Numbered from the stretch's first letter, positions 39,701-47,775 are shown. The stretch is 64,000 nt of DNA from Ignavibacteriota bacterium (GCA_963801355.1 CAWDEM010000008.1:256001-320000); one strand, 5' to 3'. Notes: generated by a model not told the origin, from the sequence alone. Numbers and translations are program-made.

Positions 39701-42263
39701 GCTAAACACGGAGACGCCTTCTCTGCTTGATACGAATCTGACATTCCGTCTCGTTGTCCACCAACTGGGTCTCTTACCCGTTGACAGCGTCTCGGTGGCC
39801 ATGTCTGATGAATACGGCGGTTCCATACGAACGGTGATCGAAGGGCTGCGGTTTCGTGCCACCGGCCACCGCGACACGCTTTCTGTGCCATGGAACGCCT
39901 CGAATGAACCCGGACAGCATCGCCTTACCGTGACGCTGGATCCGGGCGGGGCAATCGCCGAGGTTACGAAGAGCAACAACAGTGTCGTGCGGGATGAGTA
40001 CATCTATGCCGATCTGGTTCTGCCTGTATACCCGCTGGAGAGCATGGTGGTGCCGCCGGGACCGCAGCGCCTTCGTGTCACATCTCCGCTGGGGTCCGAG
40101 CACGCGTCGTTCACCTACTCGTTCGAATTGGATGTGCTCCCCTCGTTTGCGTCGGGCTTCACGATCACTTCGGATCTCGTCACCCCGGGGGCGGTCTCCG
40201 GCGAGTGGGTGACTCCGCCTCTCCCTGAGGGGAATGTCTACTACTGGCGTGCAAGAACGGTGTCGTCGGGGGTTTACGGGAAGTGGGTGACCGGCAGCTT
40301 CCGGACGGCTGCAGGAGCTGAAACAGCCGGGCCAATCAGGCTCACCGTTGATGGTGCCGGGCAGTTCGGCCGCGGAGTACTCAATCACCTGACCCCGGCA
40401 GATTCGGGACTCATGCTCGCACGCAACGCACCGGTTCACTTGTACGCCCGTTCGCTCGGCCCCCGTACCGAGTGGCTGGAAGACTGGTATTCAGTATTCA
40501 AAATCAATGAACTGACCGTCCGGGGCTACTGGTGGGTGATCGGCAATAGCTTCCTGATGCTCCGGGTCAATGACTTCACCGGCGAGATCGCGGTGCGCGG
40601 ATTCGATGTCGCCACGCAAGTCGCACAGGCCGACAGCATGGTGAAATACATCCGCAACACACCTGCGGGCAATTATGTCGGCATCATTGTGATTTTCGAC
40701 GGCAAGACCAATGTCACGGACAGCCTCTATGCTGCCATCGAGTCCCTGGGGAGCACCCGCATCCGGTCGGTACTCTCCGGACAATCGTGGGCCTTCATTT
40801 CCCGCAAAGGGTATCCTGGTGAGGCCCTGGAACGTCTGACGGACGACAGTGCGGTCGTGGAGCTGGACATCCCAAATGTGTTCAGTATCGGCAGGGGATC
40901 GTACCGCTCCTCTGTTATCCCTCTGCCTGTGCGGATGGATTCCCTGCAATGGCGGAGTGCGATCATTCCGGGAAAAACTCAAGCGACGCTGCAACTGCTC
41001 GGGTACAGGGGAGGCGGAATCCTGGATACGATCCGCACGTTCTCTGCAAAATCCACCGAAGTCTCGCTGGCCGGCATGAATCAACTCTTCGATGATCCCA
41101 AATATACCGGATTCGTTATCGGCTCCGGTTTGAATACTTCCGATCCTGTCCACTCACCGCTCGTGCGATCCATTTCGCTCACGATGGAGCCACCCCCCGA
41201 CCTTGCAATAAGTCAACATACGATCGGTTCGCCGCAAAGCGCACCTCCCGGTGGCGGAGACATGGGTCTGCCTGTCACCGTACACAACATTGGATATCGC
41301 AATGCGGACAGCGCGCGGGTGAGCATTAATCTGGTTGATCCCGGCACGGGGCAGCACACGGTGCTCTCATCCGGCACTGTGGGGTCGCTCCCCGTCGACG
41401 GTGCCGAACAAATCCTGCTCGGATTTTCCACCGCGGGTCTGAACGGAATGAAGACGCTTGAGGTGCAGGTGTCTCCGCCTGCAGGCGCGCGTGATCTCAT
41501 CGCCGAAAACAACACTGCACGCTTCACGCTGAACTTCACCTCTGTCAAAGAGCCCCTGCAAGCAACCGTGCAGATATTTGCCGACGGTGTACAGCTCATG
41601 GATGGTGACTATATCGGCGCGCGGCCAGCCCTGTTGGTGCGCCTGGCTGATGTCGGCGGTGTAACCTCCGGCGGCGAACGGATGGCGTTGTTTGTCGACC
41701 GGTCGCTAGTTTCCCCGGCGGCGGAGATGTTGCCCGCGGGTGGCAGTGCCACAGGTGGCAGTGCCACGGGCGGCGGTGCCACAGGTGGCAGTGCCGCGGG
41801 CGGCGGTGTCCTGGCACGGATTCTTGACGAGGGAGTGCAGTTCGCTCCCGATTTGAAGGACGGCACACATGAATTGGTGGTGCGTCTTTACCGATGGAAC
41901 GGCGCTGCCGGGACGGATTCAATCGAGCACCGGTTGGCGGTCCAGGTGCAGAGTGATGTGAGGATTCTCCGCGTGTTCAACTATCCGAATCCATTCCGTT
42001 CCGAAACGGAGTTCACGTTCGTATTGACGGGCAACCGGGCTCCTGATGACGTGAGCATCCGCATCTACACGATTGCCGGACGGAAGCTGCGTGAGATCGT
42101 CGTGCCGCACCACATGTTGCAGGTGGGATTCAACCGGGTGATGTGGGATGGCCGGGACGAAGAAGGAGACGAGATAGCCAACGGGTACTACTTCTACCAG
42201 GTGCAGGTGCGGGGAGGCGGGGTTGTAAACTCGGCTATTGAAAAGCTGGTGAAGATCCGGTAA
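36783..42263 (+). CDS. Large C25-family (gingipain/PorU-like) cysteine peptidase with propeptide, CARDB, ILEI-like and T9SS/FlgD-Ig C-terminal domains
   Basis: Signal peptide after the GTG/ATG at 36783/36792; 'PGRPYLP' propeptide; 'GADYLIVTH', 'DLYDEF', 'LLFGDAS', 'DEWY', 'ARLP'; catalytic His 'FLGHAAG' and Cys 'STSCN'; 'LIGDP'; CARDB 'E....NN'; 'VFNYPNPF...WDGRD..GD..ANGYYFY'. The ORF-track start at 36552 overlaps GT26 and is too early. Confidence 0.88.
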   Translation: MRVMRRGALLALLGAVYLSGPHLAAGVPPTDGTVYRLLSRDAGGWTFAVQSVPRPVSKIEIAGREYTLFAGEPQERDAAPGRPYLPTEPLSLGVPFDAAVTADLQNPVYEEVAGVLVAPVPAYSMTEEREAVAAYTVDAREYARDAFVPATTLTVDPPFVLRQQRICTIRLALYQYNPAQKILRRLITGNLRIRYTPDPSNAPARAGAVQEADPQFEEIYRSLVLNYDEARAWRAGTRAAAQPPVDSAGTWFESGRRYARIPVAKDGWQILSRQQLESAGINMTSYGESDVRLFLRGASVPFLVRRDTSIEFYGLQRRGDSTAFDFYSDTSTYWLTFGGRGTALPLTAAPQAAGPPATSIAAARSLRHFEQNTDYYEGTGEAEVTQNGPVAGEGWVWSYFYPNTTTSFPFELDNRVAVAGDSAVITVKLFSTTLHYNTPDHIARVWVNDSLVGEAQFNGRTRGFLRTVVPGGWLKEGVNALKITSVSTPSVPNQFYLDWFEVEYTRGLYATGGSLVFSGNPGQGVASYTVQGFSDSTIEVFDIATLRKISGVEVHGSVATGFSAVFLDSLGSHHRYVAVSEAGRVPVQGMRAKEFSDLRNRPGGADYLIVTHRIFRTAAQLLASHRAARNGVRSLVVDVDDLYDEFGFGMKSAEAIKAFLRHSYAHWAAPALSSVLLFGDASWDPHKFISSSVKIDFVPAYGVPAGDEWYGCFDPAYPFLSSLVLARLPVEDTVQARRTVDKVIGFDTPPLADWNKNFMFITGGIGISEQTVFNMLTEPLIANNVLAPPVGGTPFRIYKTADDVINGDKKAEMQALFKSGLSFVNFLGHAAGRIWNVDIGDPNELENSTGMLPFIASTSCNVSAFAEPSSNVLAEDFVLADNRAAIAMWGASSLGYANSGTRLVNGMLVAVAKDSVRRFGAATAIARYKLWQESGSGYVTISMVTLNPLIGDPLSKMPIPVKPDISSSGGDLTLNTETPSLLDTNLTFRLVVHQLGLLPVDSVSVAMSDEYGGSIRTVIEGLRFRATGHRDTLSVPWNASNEPGQHRLTVTLDPGGAIAEVTKSNNSVVRDEYIYADLVLPVYPLESMVVPPGPQRLRVTSPLGSEHASFTYSFELDVLPSFASGFTITSDLVTPGAVSGEWVTPPLPEGNVYYWRARTVSSGVYGKWVTGSFRTAAGAETAGPIRLTVDGAGQFGRGVLNHLTPADSGLMLARNAPVHLYARSLGPRTEWLEDWYSVFKINELTVRGYWWVIGNSFLMLRVNDFTGEIAVRGFDVATQVAQADSMVKYIRNTPAGNYVGIIVIFDGKTNVTDSLYAAIESLGSTRIRSVLSGQSWAFISRKGYPGEALERLTDDSAVVELDIPNVFSIGRGSYRSSVIPLPVRMDSLQWRSAIIPGKTQATLQLLGYRGGGILDTIRTFSAKSTEVSLAGMNQLFDDPKYTGFVIGSGLNTSDPVHSPLVRSISLTMEPPPDLAISQHTIGSPQSAPPGGGDMGLPVTVHNIGYRNADSARVSINLVDPGTGQHTVLSSGTVGSLPVDGAEQILLGFSTAGLNGMKTLEVQVSPPAGARDLIAENNTARFTLNFTSVKEPLQATVQIFADGVQLMDGDYIGARPALLVRLADVGGVTSGGERMALFVDRSLVSPAAEMLPAGGSATGGSATGGGATGGSAAGGGVLARILDEGVQFAPDLKDGTHELVVRLYRWNGAAGTDSIEHRLAVQVQSDVRILRVFNYPNPFRSETEFTFVLTGNRAPDDVSIRIYTIAGRKLREIVVPHHMLQVGFNRVMWDGRDEEGDEIANGYYFYQVQVRGGGVVNSAIEKLVKIR
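41739..41807 (+). repeat. In-frame 15-bp tandem repeat (4.6 copies) encoding GG[SG]A[TA]
   Basis: ggtggcagtgccaca / ggtggcagtgccacg / ggcggcggtgccaca / ggtggcagtgccgcg / ggcggcggt. Confidence 0.9.
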
Positions 42264-42321
42264 CACCTTTCAGGAAAACGAACAGGGTCCGCGCCCGCGC
42301 TTGAAGTCTGCTCCCACTCCT

Positions 42322-42354
42322 AAAAAAAGCACGTGCACGGTGAACCGTGCACGC
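42322..42354 (-). terminator. Intrinsic terminator of the HTH gene
   Basis: Minus strand GCGTGCACGG-TTCA-CCGTGCACGT-GC-TTTTTTT. Confidence 0.8.
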
Positions 42355-42391
42355 AGCCAATCCTCAGTGTAGCGGTGTGCAATCCGTCCTG

Positions 42392-42835
42392 TCAGGCAGC
42401 ATCCCTTCCCATCCCATCCTGCTGACCAACTTCCTGTTGAACCTCCCGTTTCAGGATTTTCCAGATGGTGCGCTCGGAAAGTGTAATCTGATAGTGTTTC
42501 TCAAGATACGCACGGAGGCGGCGCTGTCCGTAGCCGGTTTCCTCACGGGCTTCCTTGAGAATCCGGATGCTTTCTTCGGGGGTTGCCCGCGGGAAGTGGT
42601 GCGGACGGCGGGAGCGGTCAGTGAGGGAGTTCGAGTCACCGTTCTCCAGCTGGAAGCGCTTCAACCATTTGTAGAACGTTTTCCGGCTGATGCCGAATTT
42701 CCGGCAGACCGCCTGCACGTTCTTCGTTTCTCTGTAGCACATCATCCACGCCAGGCGCGGATGTAGCGACCCGCCCAGAGAATTCTCGCCGACTGTCACT
42801 GCGCTTGTGCCAGTGCCCTGTTCACTCTGCTCCAT
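42392..42835 (-). CDS. Stand-alone IS481-like double helix-turn-helix protein (no DDE domain), 147 aa
   Basis: 'VCRKFGISRKTFYKWLKRF......L.DRSRRPHH.P..TP', 'YGQRRL...L......LSERTIWKILKR', then stop; GGAGGAG SD before ATG 42835. Confidence 0.82.
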   Translation of the reverse strand: MEQSEQGTGTSAVTVGENSLGGSLHPRLAWMMCYRETKNVQAVCRKFGISRKTFYKWLKRFQLENGDSNSLTDRSRRPHHFPRATPEESIRILKEAREETGYGQRRLRAYLEKHYQITLSERTIWKILKREVQQEVGQQDGMGRDAA

Positions 42836-42837
42836 TG

Positions 42838-42871
42838 ACTCCTCCACTCTCGTTTTACTAGAGTGAGGAGT
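42838..42871 (-). promoter_or_regulatory. Hairpin pairing the SD of the HTH gene
   Basis: Minus strand ACTCCTCACTCT-agtaaaacg-AGAGTGGAGGAGT-ca-ATG. Confidence 0.6.
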
Positions 42872-43046
42872 TTCACGGTCTGTGCCATTCTTGTGACGGG
42901 GATCATAGCGGCAAAAACAGCCAAAATTTGGGAATTCTGGCAAAAAAAGGGCAGGGATGGGTGTGTTTTCTACAGGGGATTGTGAAGATTACACAAAAAC
43001 CCCTGAGTCACGCCAGTTTTTGCCAGATATCCGGGGCTTCCGGCGT

Positions 43047-45023
43047 TCAGTAGGAAGGCAGCAGGTCATCTTCTCCTCCGGCGGCAGGCCGCAATTCGAG
43101 AGCCAGTCCGCCCGAAGGCCGCAGGTCAGCCTTAATGATCGAAGCCGATGTGACCTTGAATTTCTCAATGTTCACGTGCGTGCGCGTCCGGATCTTTTCC
43201 CCTCCGTCCGTGTAGATCGAGGCGATGTACGTTTTGCCTCCATCCAGAAAGCTGAGCGGGAAAGCCAGGCTCCGGGCTTCGTTGTTGGTGATGCCACCCA
43301 CGAACCATTTCGGTCCGCTCCTCCGTGAGACAGCGACGTACTTCCCGATTTCCCCCAGCAACACTCTCGTTGTATCCCACACCGTTGGCAGCTCCTCGAA
43401 AAACCTGATTTCAGGCTCGCCCTGGTAGTCGGAGGGCCTGTCGTACCAGAAAACGAACTGCAGCGGGCTGTAGTAGATCACAGAGAGTGCCAGCTGATGG
43501 GCGGAGGTGGTCCTGATGCCCTTGACGTCCTTTATTCCAGCCTGGTGGTAGTAGCAAATAGTGTAATCAGCCGCACCAGCCAGGAAACGGGTAAACGGCA
43601 CAATGGTGTTATGATCGGCTTCCGGCATGCACTCATTCCCATAGATCCCTTCCTGGGTGAGCAGATTCGGATAGGTCCGGCTGAACCCTGTCGGACGGTA
43701 CTCGTCATGGATGTCGACCATCAGGTTGTATCTGGCCGCCTTGCGCACAGCTTCGTGCACCCACGATGTCCACTTGTGTGAGCCCACGTGGACGAATCCG
43801 AATTTCACACCGGCGACACCCCAGCGCTGGTAGAGGGGAAAGATTTCGTCGATCTGTTTCTCCAGGGCACGGTGGTTCACATAGAGAATGACGCCAACGT
43901 TCTTGCTTTTTGCGTATGCCAGTATGTGCTGCAGGTCCAGGTCTTTCTTTGGATTTCGCCGTGGGTCCACATCCACCCGTGAGGCGTCCGATTCCTTTGA
44001 GTATTCGTGCCCGTACCAACCGGCATCGAATTCCACATACTCGATCTTGTGCCGCGAGCAGAAGTCGATGCACTCGATGGCGCCTCCCGTGGAGAGTGTG
44101 ACTTCCCTCAGAACTTTGCCGGGTTTGATCCACCCGGTGTTCTGAATGGCGCACGGCTCATTCAGGTTCAGGAAAATGTCGTTGTGCTCGAGCAGCTCGC
44201 CGGGTGATTCCGCGACCATGATGACCCGCCAGGGAGTCTTGAAGGGAGACGACTCGGTGACGGGTCCGAAGAGCTTTGCGACAACGGTATTCTTCTTTTC
44301 CGGGGAGAGAATGAATTTCATGCGCGCATAGTCCACAAGCTGCGCCTCTCCGATCGAGGCATACAGCCCGCCCGGCAGGAGAAGGGTCAGGGGGCGTTCA
44401 CTCTCATACTCAGGGGTTCTGGGAGACCAGCGGGGGAGAGGGAGGTTGGCGCCGTACGCCCAGTCCTGGAGTGGCCTGACGTGATAAAGCTCCTGCGCAA
44501 ACGGTGTCACATATGCCTTCGTTCGCTGTTCGAAACTAAATTCTGTCAGTTCATTTGCGATGTGGATGATGGATGTCGAGAGGTTCTCAGGAAAGTTGTA
44601 GCAGAACGCAGCCCCCTCGTTGTACACCCGGACGATTACCTGAAGTGCATTGTTCCGGTCATTGTCCTTTATCAGATCGATCACGCACTCGTTGTAGTTG
44701 TCCGTAACCATACTCCGTTCCCCGTAGACCGGTCTCCAGCGTTCGTTGTGGGATCGGCGTGTTTGACCCGCCACTGTGAAGCCGTTGATCCAGGCGGGAA
44801 GGTCGAGAGTGACGATGCCGAGACGTGATTGCAGGACGACGTTCTGGTTCCTGTAAGAAAGTGTGAAGAACAGGCAGCCACGTTCTGTAGCCGTACTGTC
44901 AACGAAAAACGTGAAGACCAGGTTGCCGTCGGGCGAAGGCACGGTAAGCGTCTGACTATGCAGGGATATGGAGCAAAGGAAAACCAGAAGGGTCGTGAAT
45001 GCCGTTTTCATTGCATTATCCAT
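43047..45023 (-). CDS. GH97 glycoside hydrolase (retaining-type features)
   Basis: Signal peptide; 'SPDG', 'W.PVYGERS...DNYNE', 'TPWRVI', 'WIKPGK', 'DAGWYG', 'WGVAGVKFGF', 'RTYPN..TQEG', 'PFTR...G.ADYT', 'PTVWD.T'. Confidence 0.92.
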   Translation of the reverse strand: MDNAMKTAFTTLLVFLCSISLHSQTLTVPSPDGNLVFTFFVDSTATERGCLFFTLSYRNQNVVLQSRLGIVTLDLPAWINGFTVAGQTRRSHNERWRPVYGERSMVTDNYNECVIDLIKDNDRNNALQVIVRVYNEGAAFCYNFPENLSTSIIHIANELTEFSFEQRTKAYVTPFAQELYHVRPLQDWAYGANLPLPRWSPRTPEYESERPLTLLLPGGLYASIGEAQLVDYARMKFILSPEKKNTVVAKLFGPVTESSPFKTPWRVIMVAESPGELLEHNDIFLNLNEPCAIQNTGWIKPGKVLREVTLSTGGAIECIDFCSRHKIEYVEFDAGWYGHEYSKESDASRVDVDPRRNPKKDLDLQHILAYAKSKNVGVILYVNHRALEKQIDEIFPLYQRWGVAGVKFGFVHVGSHKWTSWVHEAVRKAARYNLMVDIHDEYRPTGFSRTYPNLLTQEGIYGNECMPEADHNTIVPFTRFLAGAADYTICYYHQAGIKDVKGIRTTSAHQLALSVIYYSPLQFVFWYDRPSDYQGEPEIRFFEELPTVWDTTRVLLGEIGKYVAVSRRSGPKWFVGGITNNEARSLAFPLSFLDGGKTYIASIYTDGGEKIRTRTHVNIEKFKVTSASIIKADLRPSGGLALELRPAAGGEDDLLPSY

Positions 45024-45032
45024 GGCGGAACG

Positions 45033-47126
45033 TTATGGGGTGCTGGAATTCTGAACCTTCAGGATCATTGCCGCCCGGGCCGGCAGCGTGGCTGTCACCG
45101 TACCATAGCGCAATACACTGCGGTCCGTCAGATCAGCCGGGTAGGTCAGGTTGCTCACGCGAAGGTAATTCCGGGAATGGGAAGAGCGGAATGAGATACT
45201 CAGGCGGACATCCCTGTCTGATGAGTTCAGATTCGTGATCAGAAAGTACGTCACATCCGGAGTCGACGTGTTGTCAGCCAGACGGGCGACCCCCACCAGG
45301 TTGCCGCCCGAGGCCACCGTTCCGGTCGCGTCGACGAGAGTAATGCCGGCGATATCCGTTTTGGAGAAGTTGCCCAGCTCGTTCTGTGCGTAGCTCCGTG
45401 TGTTGACAACATCGGCACCATTGGTTGTTCCCACGATCCCGTATTTGTCAATGCCGTACGTGCTGATGAAGTCGCCGTTGGAAAGTCCCCCGGATTCGCC
45501 GGAGTTTCCGTTGACAAATGTCGCAAACGTCCTGAGTGCGGCCACCTTGTGAGCATGCATATTGCGGAGCGAGAACATTTTGTCGACCTGCCCGGCGTCG
45601 CCGTGGAAGGAATAGAGCGCTTGTTCGCTTTCCGCAAACGGCCCTGAGTAGTAGAATACCACTCCTTTTGCGCCTACCAGGAGGGAAAGATATGCGCTCG
45701 AGAGTATCTCAGACTGTGTGGGTGCCCGGAAATCACTGCCGGAGGAGAACATGGGGGGAACACTGATGATCGTCTTGGTTGGAGCCACGGAGCGTATGTG
45801 TGTGCAGAACCTCGAGAGCACGTCGAAGTCGCGGTAGATTGACCGCCGGTGGTCGAGTATATCCGACCTGAAGAGATAGTGATTCGGAGCGATGTAGTGC
45901 AGGTTGATCTTCGAAAAGCGAGTAACGGTTGTCAGGTTCGTGTGGTACATCTCGTCATCGGGCCAGGTACTGTAGAACGTCAACCGTTTGTCCTGCTGGA
46001 GGAGGTATGTGCAGACGGCATCCATTGGCGCGTAGTTGCCCACGTGGGGTTCGTCTGCGACGGCGATGATGGGATACACCTTCCGCGGTTCGGATGAGCC
46101 GGCAATCCCCGCCGCAATGTCTGTGAATGTTTTCACCAGCGCACGCCGCTTCGACGCGTTGAAAAATTTCGCGGTCTCCTCGACGACCACCCTGCCGCTG
46201 TCGTCGTAGACGGTGATGTCTCTGATGCGGAGAGAGCTTTTTGTTGACATGGTGCAGTTCACCTGCAGTCCGAGGCGGCAGACGTAGGCCTCGTACTGTG
46301 ACGGCCCGGCGGCCAGATCGAGTGTAAACGGCAGGACTAATTCACTTTTCCCGGAGGCGAGCGTGATGCGTTTGTCTATCAACTGGTAATTCTTCCGCCC
46401 CGCGCGCGAGGCTTTGTTGATGAGATTCACCGTGAGTTCGTGTCCGGCGCGTGCCGACTCGAGCCTGAACCGGAGCTTGAAGTAAGCGAGTGCTCTGCGC
46501 GTGTTCCATTCCCGGGGGCGTATCTGTCTTTTTTCGCCTCCCACGACGGTGAGGTCACGGATGATCCGGCCCGAGGCCGGCGCGTTCTTCGCGGAAACTG
46601 TGAACGTGGTATCGGCGGCTGTGATGGAATATGAGGAGCTGTCGAAATTGATGATGTTGCCTTCGTTGCGTGTCGATGGAGAAAACTTCAGGTAGTGACT
46701 TTCCGCTGCACGCGTAATGAGGAAACAGCGGTAAATGGGGATGATTCTCGAATCGCGAATGAAATTGCGGCCGGTCCGGGGATCCGCCGCGTATTCTTTG
46801 TACAGGTAGTTCACATAGGGGGCGTTGTCTTCTCCACCCTCCGGAAAGTTGGACGTGTTGATAAAGAATGTGTTCATTCCGAGTGAATCGTACCAGAAAT
46901 TCATGAGTCTGGCGCCGTTTGGTCCTGTTCTCTTCCCGAATGTAGAGCCAGTCCAGTAAATGCCCTCGTTTTCCCCCCATCCCGTGGCGTACATCCCGTA
47001 GAGAAATCTTACTTGTGCCGCGGCATCCGCGCCGAGGAGTAGTAATGCAGCCAGCAGGACCCAGGCAAAGTACCCAGGGAGTGGTCCGGCCACCGGACGC
47101 GAGGAGGAGTTGCCCCTTGTGATCAT
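45033..47126 (-). CDS. Secreted hypothetical protein, possible split TIM-barrel glycoside hydrolase
   Basis: 697-aa ORF with a hydrophobic signal ending AAA-Q; 'DSLGMNT', 'AVADEP', 'RAPT.SE', 'GAKGVVFY' resemble clan GH-A elements (weak). Confidence 0.55.
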   Translation of the reverse strand: MITRGNSSSRPVAGPLPGYFAWVLLAALLLLGADAAAQVRFLYGMYATGWGENEGIYWTGSTFGKRTGPNGARLMNFWYDSLGMNTFFINTSNFPEGGEDNAPYVNYLYKEYAADPRTGRNFIRDSRIIPIYRCFLITRAAESHYLKFSPSTRNEGNIINFDSSSYSITAADTTFTVSAKNAPASGRIIRDLTVVGGEKRQIRPREWNTRRALAYFKLRFRLESARAGHELTVNLINKASRAGRKNYQLIDKRITLASGKSELVLPFTLDLAAGPSQYEAYVCRLGLQVNCTMSTKSSLRIRDITVYDDSGRVVVEETAKFFNASKRRALVKTFTDIAAGIAGSSEPRKVYPIIAVADEPHVGNYAPMDAVCTYLLQQDKRLTFYSTWPDDEMYHTNLTTVTRFSKINLHYIAPNHYLFRSDILDHRRSIYRDFDVLSRFCTHIRSVAPTKTIISVPPMFSSGSDFRAPTQSEILSSAYLSLLVGAKGVVFYYSGPFAESEQALYSFHGDAGQVDKMFSLRNMHAHKVAALRTFATFVNGNSGESGGLSNGDFISTYGIDKYGIVGTTNGADVVNTRSYAQNELGNFSKTDIAGITLVDATGTVASGGNLVGVARLADNTSTPDVTYFLITNLNSSDRDVRLSISFRSSHSRNYLRVSNLTYPADLTDRSVLRYGTVTATLPARAAMILKVQNSSTP

Positions 47127-47188
47127 GGTATCATTCCATGGGATGTGGGCTGTTACAGATGAATCAAGTCGGCTGAGCGACCGTAAAC

Positions 47189-47217
47189 AAAGTAGGAGAG
47201 AGTGCGGACATTGTCAA
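47189..47217 (-). promoter_or_regulatory. Sigma70-type promoter TTGACA-17-TACTTT
   Basis: Near-consensus, about 60 nt upstream of ATG 47126. Confidence 0.7.
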
Positions 47218-47246
47218 TCGGAACATCAGGAATACGATCGCCGGAA

Positions 47247-47323
47247 GGCAAAATGTCTGCAGGGCAGAATGTTCTCGAGGGCAAAATGCCTGGAGGGCAG
47301 AATGTTCTCGAGGGCAAAATGCC
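47247..47323. repeat. 33-bp tandem repeat x2.3 (five GGCARAATG cores spaced 16/17 bp) between divergent promoters
   Basis: ggcaaaatgtctgcagggcagaatgttctcgag / ggcaaaatgcctggagggcagaatgttctcgag / ggcaaaatgcc. Confidence 0.9.
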
Positions 47324-47334
47324 CGTCCGGTCGG

Positions 47335-47363
47335 TTGCACAACACAAAGGATCGCTGTATATT
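47335..47363 (+). promoter_or_regulatory. Sigma70-type promoter TTGCAC-17-TATATT
   Basis: Upstream of the AGGAG SD and ATG 47389. Confidence 0.6.
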
Positions 47364-47388
47364 CGCTTACCACAATAGGAGATGCTCC

Positions 47389-47775
47389 ATGGACACCCCC
47401 AACGAAAATCCGCAGCCGTCTGCCCCGCAATTGCCGCCGAACAAAGACCAGAATACCTGGGCAATGCTCTGTCATCTCACTGCACTTGCCGGGTTCGTCT
47501 TTCCGTTCGGCAACATCATCGGGCCGCTCGTGGTCTGGATGATCAAGAAAGACGAGTTTCCGCTTGTCGCCGATCAGGGGAAGGAGTCGCTGAATTTCCA
47601 GATCAGCATGACTATTTACTACATCGTTGCGGCCATTTTGATCATCGTATTGATCGGCATCGTACTCCTCATCGGCCTGGGCATCTTCAGTCTGATCATG
47701 ATCATCATTGCCATGATCAAGGCGAATGAGGGAGTGGCGTACAGGTATCCGATGACCATCAGGTTCCTCAAATAG
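47389..47775 (+). CDS. DUF4870 (Tic20-like) membrane protein
   Basis: 'WAMLCHL', 'GNIIGPLVVW..KKD', 'QGKESLNFQIS', 'YRYP.TIRF'. Confidence 0.9.
   Translation: MDTPNENPQPSAPQLPPNKDQNTWAMLCHLTALAGFVFPFGNIIGPLVVWMIKKDEFPLVADQGKESLNFQISMTIYYIVAAILIIVLIGIVLLIGLGIFSLIMIIIAMIKANEGVAYRYPMTIRFLK

Noticed and set aside
42392-42943. Active IS481 element
   Set aside because: No DDE/rve domain in the ORF or after it, no terminal inverted repeats or target duplication seen, and a terminator follows the stop.
47247-47323. 33-bp repeats as a mini CRISPR array
   Set aside because: The units are directly adjacent with no unique spacers, and there are no cas genes in the window.
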